Shown here piece by piece: positions 58,757-64,000 of a stretch of DNA of 64,000 nt. The first letter of the stretch is position 1. Each line of letters opens with the position of its first letter. Origin of the DNA: an uncultured Bacilli bacterium. GTDB taxonomy: Bacteria > Bacillota_I > Bacilli_A > RF39 > UBA660. The translations under genes and the position numbers were made by a program. The stretch spans positions 76,172 through 140,171 of the forward strand of contig CAKOHI010000001.1 of NCBI GenBank assembly GCA_934085585.1, in the 5' to 3' direction. The notes under the pieces were generated by a model. That model did no database searches, was not told the origin of the DNA, and saw only the letters and a list, made by a program, of their open reading frames with translations.

Positions 58757-59623
58757 ATGAGAATTAGCAATGAATGGAAAGATTATGAATGTATAAATGC
58801 TGGAGATGGGGAAAAATTAGAACGATGGGGAGAAGTTATTTTAAGACGTCCTGAACCTTTAGCAATGTGGCCAATAGAAAAAGATAAATCATGGAATATG
58901 GTAGATGGTATTTATTATAGATTTAAAGATGGCGGTGGTCATTGGGAATTTAGAAAAAAATTACCTGATTATTGGACAGTTAATTATAAAGATTTAAAGT
59001 TTAAAGTAAGTCCTACCAATTTTAAACATACTGGACTTTTTCCCGAACAAGCTGTTAATTGGGATTTTATGATGAATAAAATAAAAAATGCTAATAGACC
59101 TATTAAAGTACTAAATTTGTTTGCCTATACAGGTGGTGCTACGATCGCATGTAGTAAAGCTGGTGCTTCTTTGGTGGTTCATGTTGATGCTGCTAAAGGT
59201 ATGGTTGAGTGGGCAAAAGAAAATGCTAAATTATCTGGAGTTGAAGATAATTATATTAGATTTTTAGTTGATGATTGTTTAAAATTTGTAGAAAGAGAAA
59301 TTAGAAGAGGAAATAAGTACGATGCAATTGTAATGGATCCTCCGAGTTATGGAAGAGGACCTAATGGAGAAGTTTGGAAGTTAGAACATAATCTTTTGGA
59401 ATTGGTGAGTAGATGCGTATTGCTTTTAAGTGATAAACCATTATTTTTCCTAATTAATGCTTATACCACTGGGGTTTCTAGTACAGTACTTTATAATATT
59501 TTAAAACTTACAGTTGGTGCTTCATATGGTGGCAATATTGATGCTGGTGAAATTGGACTTCCAATAAGTAATAATGATCTAGTTTTACCATGTGGAATTT
59601 ATGGAAGATGGCAAGATGAATAA
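58757..59623 (+). CDS. class I SAM-dependent rRNA methyltransferase (RlmI/RlmK-like, no PUA domain)
   Basis: SAM-binding motif LNLFAYTGGATIA and catalytic motif DAIVMDPPSYGRG; GTGAGG RBS; ORF-track start trimmed. Confidence 0.7.
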   Translation: MRISNEWKDYECINAGDGEKLERWGEVILRRPEPLAMWPIEKDKSWNMVDGIYYRFKDGGGHWEFRKKLPDYWTVNYKDLKFKVSPTNFKHTGLFPEQAVNWDFMMNKIKNANRPIKVLNLFAYTGGATIACSKAGASLVVHVDAAKGMVEWAKENAKLSGVEDNYIRFLVDDCLKFVEREIRRGNKYDAIVMDPPSYGRGPNGEVWKLEHNLLELVSRCVLLLSDKPLFFLINAYTTGVSSTVLYNILKLTVGASYGGNIDAGEIGLPISNNDLVLPCGIYGRWQDE

Positions 59624-60284
59624 TGTTATATATGAAGATAATCATTTGTTAGTTGTAGAAAAACCAAGAAATGTTTTAGTACAAAGTGATAATACTCATG
59701 ATGATGATTTGCTTTCGATGTTAAAAAAATATTTAAAAGAAAAATATAATAAACCTGGAGCTGTGTATTTGGGATTAGTTCATAGATTAGATCGCCCAGT
59801 TGGTGGTGTTATGGTATTTGCTAAAACTAGTAAGTCATCCGGCAGATTAAGTGAAATGGTAAGAAATCATTCATTTCAAAAAACTTATTTTGCAATTGTT
59901 GAAGGAAAAATAAAAGAATCTGGTATTTTTGAAGATTATTTATTAAAAAATGAAAAAGAAAATAAAACTGTTGTAGATAATCGTGGCAAATATGCCAAAT
60001 TAGAATATAGAGTAATAAAATATATAAATGGATTAAGTTTAGTTAAAATAAATTTAGAGACTGGAAGATCTCATCAAATAAGAGTTCAATTTTCATCGCG
60101 GGGATTTCCGCTTTGGGGAGATCAAAAATATAATAATAATGCAAAAACTGGTGAGCAAATTGCCTTGTGGGCTTATAAATTAGAATTCAATCATCCCGTT
60201 ACTAAAGAATTATTAACATTTAAATGTAATCCTTATATAAATGAATATCCATGGAATTTATTTGGGAGCGATTGTTTTGAATAA
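59616..60284 (+). CDS. RluA-family pseudouridine synthase
   Basis: VVEKP, the catalytic Asp motif HRLDRPVGGVMVFAK and a C-terminal GRSHQIR motif. Confidence 0.75.
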   Translation: MNNVIYEDNHLLVVEKPRNVLVQSDNTHDDDLLSMLKKYLKEKYNKPGAVYLGLVHRLDRPVGGVMVFAKTSKSSGRLSEMVRNHSFQKTYFAIVEGKIKESGIFEDYLLKNEKENKTVVDNRGKYAKLEYRVIKYINGLSLVKINLETGRSHQIRVQFSSRGFPLWGDQKYNNNAKTGEQIALWAYKLEFNHPVTKELLTFKCNPYINEYPWNLFGSDCFE

Positions 60285-61011
60285 TCAAAAAATATTTTTA
60301 GAATATGTAAGTAAATTTAATTGTAAAGAAAAAGAAATAAAAAGAAAAGTTGATCATTCTATTCGAGTTAGTAAACTTTGCAGAAACATTGCTGAAAATT
60401 TATCTTTGACTAAAGGAATAATCGAAGTAGTGGAATTTATAGGTTTAGTTCATGATATAGGTAGGTTTACACAGTGGCAAGAGTATAAAACTTTTGATGA
60501 TTTAAAAAGTGATGATCATGCTTTGATAGGTTTGCGTGTATTATTTGATAACAATTTAATTGATTTATTTAATATAGATAGATTTTGGTATAAAACAGTA
60601 TTTTTGGCAATTAAAAATCATAACCAATATGATATTTCTAGTGATACAAAAGATTTAGATTTGGTTATATCAAAAATATTAAGAGACGCTGATAAAGCTG
60701 ATATATTATATTTAATAAAAACTAAAGAATTGATTTTAGAAGAAGATAATAGTAATATTAGTAGGAAAGTAAACAAAGCTTTTTTAAGCAATGAAGAGAT
60801 ACGGCATACAATAAAGATGACGGTTTCGGAGAAAATATTATTAAAATTTGGATTTATATATGATATAAACTATAAATGGACTTTAAATTATATAAGAAAT
60901 GAATGTATATTAGAAAGTATTTATAATGGTTTAAAATATAAAGATAAAATTAAAAAATATTATATACATGTAAATAAATATTTGATGGAGGCATGTAATG
61001 GAAAGATATAA
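60241..61011 (+). CDS. HD-domain phosphohydrolase
   Basis: HS...H...GLVHDIGR HD motif. Confidence 0.65.
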   Translation: MNIHGIYLGAIVLNNQKIFLEYVSKFNCKEKEIKRKVDHSIRVSKLCRNIAENLSLTKGIIEVVEFIGLVHDIGRFTQWQEYKTFDDLKSDDHALIGLRVLFDNNLIDLFNIDRFWYKTVFLAIKNHNQYDISSDTKDLDLVISKILRDADKADILYLIKTKELILEEDNSNISRKVNKAFLSNEEIRHTIKMTVSEKILLKFGFIYDINYKWTLNYIRNECILESIYNGLKYKDKIKKYYIHVNKYLMEACNGKI

Positions 61012-61825
61012 AGAAATAGAAAGAAGTATTATAAAAAAATATAGAAAAGATATTTGGGCTAAATTTGTTAAAGCTGTTAAAGATTATAAACTTATTAATG
61101 AAAATGATAAAGTGATGGTTTGTATTTCAGGGGGGAAGGATTCTTTTTTGCTTGCTAAATGTGTCCAAGAATTACAAAAACATGGAGGTATACCGTTTGA
61201 AGTATCTTATGTGTGTATGAATCCTGGGTATAATGAAATAAATAAAAAGAAGATATTAGAAAATGCTAAAATACTTAATATTAATTTAGAGATGTTTGAT
61301 AGTGATATATTTGATGTTGCTAATAGTTTAAATGAAAAAAGTCCTTGTTATATGTGTGCTAGAATGAGAAGAGGACATTTGTATAATAAAGCAAAAGAGT
61401 TGGGATGTAATAAAATTGCTTTAGGACATCATTTTGATGATGTAATAGAAACTACATTACTATCTATGTTTTATGGTAGTGAGGTTAAAACAATGTTACC
61501 AAAACTTCATAGTGAAAATTTTCAAGGATTAGAGCTTATTAGACCACTTTATTTAGTGAAAGAATATAGTATTATATCTTGGGCAAAATATAATAATCTA
61601 GAATTTATTAATTGTGCATGTAAGTTTACTGAAAAAGTAAGTAATAGTGATGAATCTATAAGCAAGAGAAAAGAAATGAAGGAACTAATAAAACATTTAA
61701 GAGAATTAAATCCAGATATTGATTATAATATATTTAAATCTTTAGATAATATTAATTTGAATTGTGTGTTAGGTACTAAAAAAAATGGAGTTTATAAAAG
61801 TTTTATGGATGAATATGACAAATAA
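60998..61825 (+). CDS. PP-loop ATPase of the TtcA/tRNA-thiolation family
   Basis: PP-loop motif CISGGKDS and CxxC Fe-S/zinc motifs (SPCYMC, NCACK). Confidence 0.7.
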   Translation: MERYKEIERSIIKKYRKDIWAKFVKAVKDYKLINENDKVMVCISGGKDSFLLAKCVQELQKHGGIPFEVSYVCMNPGYNEINKKKILENAKILNINLEMFDSDIFDVANSLNEKSPCYMCARMRRGHLYNKAKELGCNKIALGHHFDDVIETTLLSMFYGSEVKTMLPKLHSENFQGLELIRPLYLVKEYSIISWAKYNNLEFINCACKFTEKVSNSDESISKRKEMKELIKHLRELNPDIDYNIFKSLDNINLNCVLGTKKNGVYKSFMDEYDK

Positions 61826-61891
61826 AAACTAGAAAGTTAATTTGAAAATTAATGTCAGGTAATTGTTTCTATGATATAATAAAAGTTAGAG

Positions 61892-63565
61892 GTGATTACT
61901 TTGCATAAAAATATAGAAGAACTAAATAGAATTTTGGATGAACTATTATTAAATCCAGAAAATGAATGTGTAGAATTTAAAAAGGCAAAAAATAGTTTCG
62001 ATATGGATGTATTAGGTAAATATTTTTCCGCTTTGGGTAATGAAGCAAATTTAAAAAATAAGCAATATTCTTGGATAATTTTGGGTATTGATGACAAATC
62101 ACATGAATTAACTGGTACTAATTATTTTAATGATAATAATTTTAATAAAGTGAAGAAACAAATTTCTGATAATACAACTGATAATATAGGTTTTATTGAA
62201 ATATATGAGTTTAAGAAAAATAATAAAAGAGTTATTATGTTTCAGGTTCCTGCTGCTTCTGGTACACCAATTAATTGGAAAGGGTTTCCATATGGAAGAA
62301 ATGGCGAATCCATCGTTCCATTAACTTTAAATAAAATTGAACAAATTAAATCAACTGCTAATTGTGATTGGTCTAGACAAGTAATTGATGAAGCCACAAT
62401 AACTAATTTGGATAAAGAAGCAATTGAAGTTGCTAGGCAACAGTTTAAAATAAAACATAAAGGTAAAAATATAGCACTTGAGATAGACAGTTTATCTGAT
62501 ATAGATTTTTTAAATAAAGTAAAATTAACATTGAATAGTAAAATTACTATGGCTTGTATGTTGCTTTTGGGTAAAAATGCTGATGATTATTTAATGAATG
62601 GTTATACACCAAAGTTGACTTGGAAACTTTATGATGAATTTAATGTTGTTGATTATGAACATTTTGGTATACCATTTATTATTAATGTGGAAAAATTAAA
62701 ATCAAAAATACGAAATTTAAGGTATAGATATATGGTTAATGATAATTCTTTGTTTCCAAATGAAGTAGATCAATACGATAACTATATTCTCCGAGAGTTA
62801 ATAAATAATTGTATTGTACATCAAGATTATAGATTACATGGCAATGTAAATGTTATGGAGTATAAGGATAAGTTAATAATAACTAATGAAGGTAATTTTA
62901 TTCCTGAAACGATAGAAAATGTTTTAAAAGACGGTTTTTCATCGCCATATTACAGAAATCAGTTTTTAGCTAATGCTATGGTTAATTTAAATATGATTGA
63001 TACTGTTGGTAGTGGAATAAAAAGAGTTTATGATATTCAGAAGAAAAAGTTTTTTCCGTTGCCTGATTATGATTTAAGTAAGCCTAGTCGTGTTAAAGTT
63101 ACTTTGTATGGAAAGGTAATAGATGAAAAATATAGTAAGATATTATTTGAAAAAACTAATTTGGATATAGATAAAGTAATGTTGTTAGATAGAGTACAAA
63201 AAGGATTTGAAATTACAAAAGAACAAAGTGATTATTTAAGAAAAGACAATTTAATTGAAGGAAGATATCCTTACATTTATATTTCGTCTGATATTGCAAA
63301 AATAACAAATAAAGAAAAGGATTATATTGATAATAAAGGTTTAAACAATACATATTATAAAGATTATATTTTAACATATATTGAAAAGTTTGGAAAAGCT
63401 ACAAGGGAAGATATTAATAATTTGATTTACCCTAAATTGCCAATAAATATGAGTGATAAAAATAAAAATAATAGGGTTAGATATATTATATCTCAATTGA
63501 AAAAAGAAAATAAAATAGAAAATCAAGGTTCGTTAACAAAATCCTCTTGGGTTAAAAAAAAATAA
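61892..63565 (+). CDS. AlbA_2 (Schlafen-like divergent AAA) domain protein with RecG-C-terminal-like/HATPase_c_4 region; putative DNA-binding regulator (about 555 aa)
   Basis: N-terminal E.ECVEFKKAK...LGKYFSALGNEANL pattern typical of AlbA_2 domain proteins; TTG at 61901 is a possible alternative start. Confidence 0.45.
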   Translation: MITLHKNIEELNRILDELLLNPENECVEFKKAKNSFDMDVLGKYFSALGNEANLKNKQYSWIILGIDDKSHELTGTNYFNDNNFNKVKKQISDNTTDNIGFIEIYEFKKNNKRVIMFQVPAASGTPINWKGFPYGRNGESIVPLTLNKIEQIKSTANCDWSRQVIDEATITNLDKEAIEVARQQFKIKHKGKNIALEIDSLSDIDFLNKVKLTLNSKITMACMLLLGKNADDYLMNGYTPKLTWKLYDEFNVVDYEHFGIPFIINVEKLKSKIRNLRYRYMVNDNSLFPNEVDQYDNYILRELINNCIVHQDYRLHGNVNVMEYKDKLIITNEGNFIPETIENVLKDGFSSPYYRNQFLANAMVNLNMIDTVGSGIKRVYDIQKKKFFPLPDYDLSKPSRVKVTLYGKVIDEKYSKILFEKTNLDIDKVMLLDRVQKGFEITKEQSDYLRKDNLIEGRYPYIYISSDIAKITNKEKDYIDNKGLNNTYYKDYILTYIEKFGKATREDINNLIYPKLPINMSDKNKNNRVRYIISQLKKENKIENQGSLTKSSWVKKK

Positions 63566-63573
63566 TTTGTTTT

Positions 63574-63628
63574 GCAAAGAATTCGCAAAGAATTCGCAAA
63601 GAATTCGCAAAGAATTCGCAAAGAATTA
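63574..63628. repeat. 11-bp tandem repeat GCAAAGAATTC, five copies (each carries an EcoRI site)
   Basis: Perfect period-11 direct repeats immediately downstream of the 61892-63565 gene. Confidence 0.85.
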
Positions 63629-63764
63629 AATAATGTCGTTTAAAGTATAAATAGATTTTTTAGGTTACTAATTAATAAATAGAGTTAGATAACATAGATT
63701 TAAATATTTATTGATATTTATATGTAATTTTAAATTAAAACAAAAATGAAGCATAATATTTAAT

Positions 63765-64000
63765 ATGAAAAGATATTATGTTGGTGTTATTTTTGTTTTT
63801 TTTGTTTTATTTTTAGCTATGTATAGTTATCCAGTTAGGGCTGATTTGCCTTTGCAAGGAAAAGTTATAGCAATTGATAGTGGACATGGTGGTTTGGATC
63901 CTGGTTCTTTATATAAGGATATATATGAAAAAGATATCACTCTTTCAATTGGAAAATATTTAGAAAAATATTTAAGTGAAATGGGTGCTACGGTTATTAT
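63765..64000 (+). CDS. cwlD: N-acetylmuramoyl-L-alanine amidase (CwlD-like, Amidase_3), N-terminal part; gene continues past window end
   Basis: Signal anchor followed by VIAIDSGHGGLDPGS, the Amidase_3 zinc-ligand motif. Confidence 0.65.
   Translation, partial: MKRYYVGVIFVFFVLFLAMYSYPVRADLPLQGKVIAIDSGHGGLDPGSLYKDIYEKDITLSIGKYLEKYLSEMGATVI

Overview
This window is an origin-proximal chromosomal segment of a very AT-rich, low-GC Firmicute. Gene order follows the Bacillus/Clostridium oriC neighbourhood. The minus strand carries mnmG (partial), mnmE, jag, yidC, rnpA and rpmH. A DnaA-box/AT-rich oriC follows, then dnaA, dnaN, a ComK-like gene, recF, gyrB and gyrA. After the SRP RNA (ffs) come tadA, dnaX, ybaB, recR, a bofA-like gene, holB, yaaT, pth, mfd, a spoVT-like gene, a T-box leader, dut, metG, tatD, a 3D-domain gene, rsmA, yabG, veg, spoVG, yabP, yabQ, divIC, clpP, gap, a yabM-like flippase, ftsEX with an M23 peptidase, yvcK, whiA, nrdG, truA, rplM, rpsI, and tRNA/rRNA modification genes. 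Several sporulation-associated homologues (spoVT, bofA, yabG, yabP/Q, gerQ, cwlD, spoVG) suggest an endospore former. All product calls come from reading the translated ORFs by eye against remembered family motifs; no database search was run. The most unusual feature is a tandem array of nine canonical parS centromere sites (TGTTNCACGTGAAACA) in the roughly 1.3 kb gyrA–ffs intergenic region. Each site lies within 0-3 bp of a DnaA-box-like 9-mer (TGTTGATAA/TGTTAATAA, exact in 6 of 9 units). A perfect Noc-binding-site palindrome lies about 225 bp downstream of the array. Other notable items: a 12-copy 23-bp tandem repeat upstream of a secreted-protein gene; a truncated ComK homologue between dnaN and recF; a 671-aa type IV pilin-like protein; two paralogous XRE repressors flanking the yabM/ftsEX/M23 block; two degenerate EcfA-like pseudo-ATPases with no EcfT; and a two-gene insertion between rpmH and oriC.
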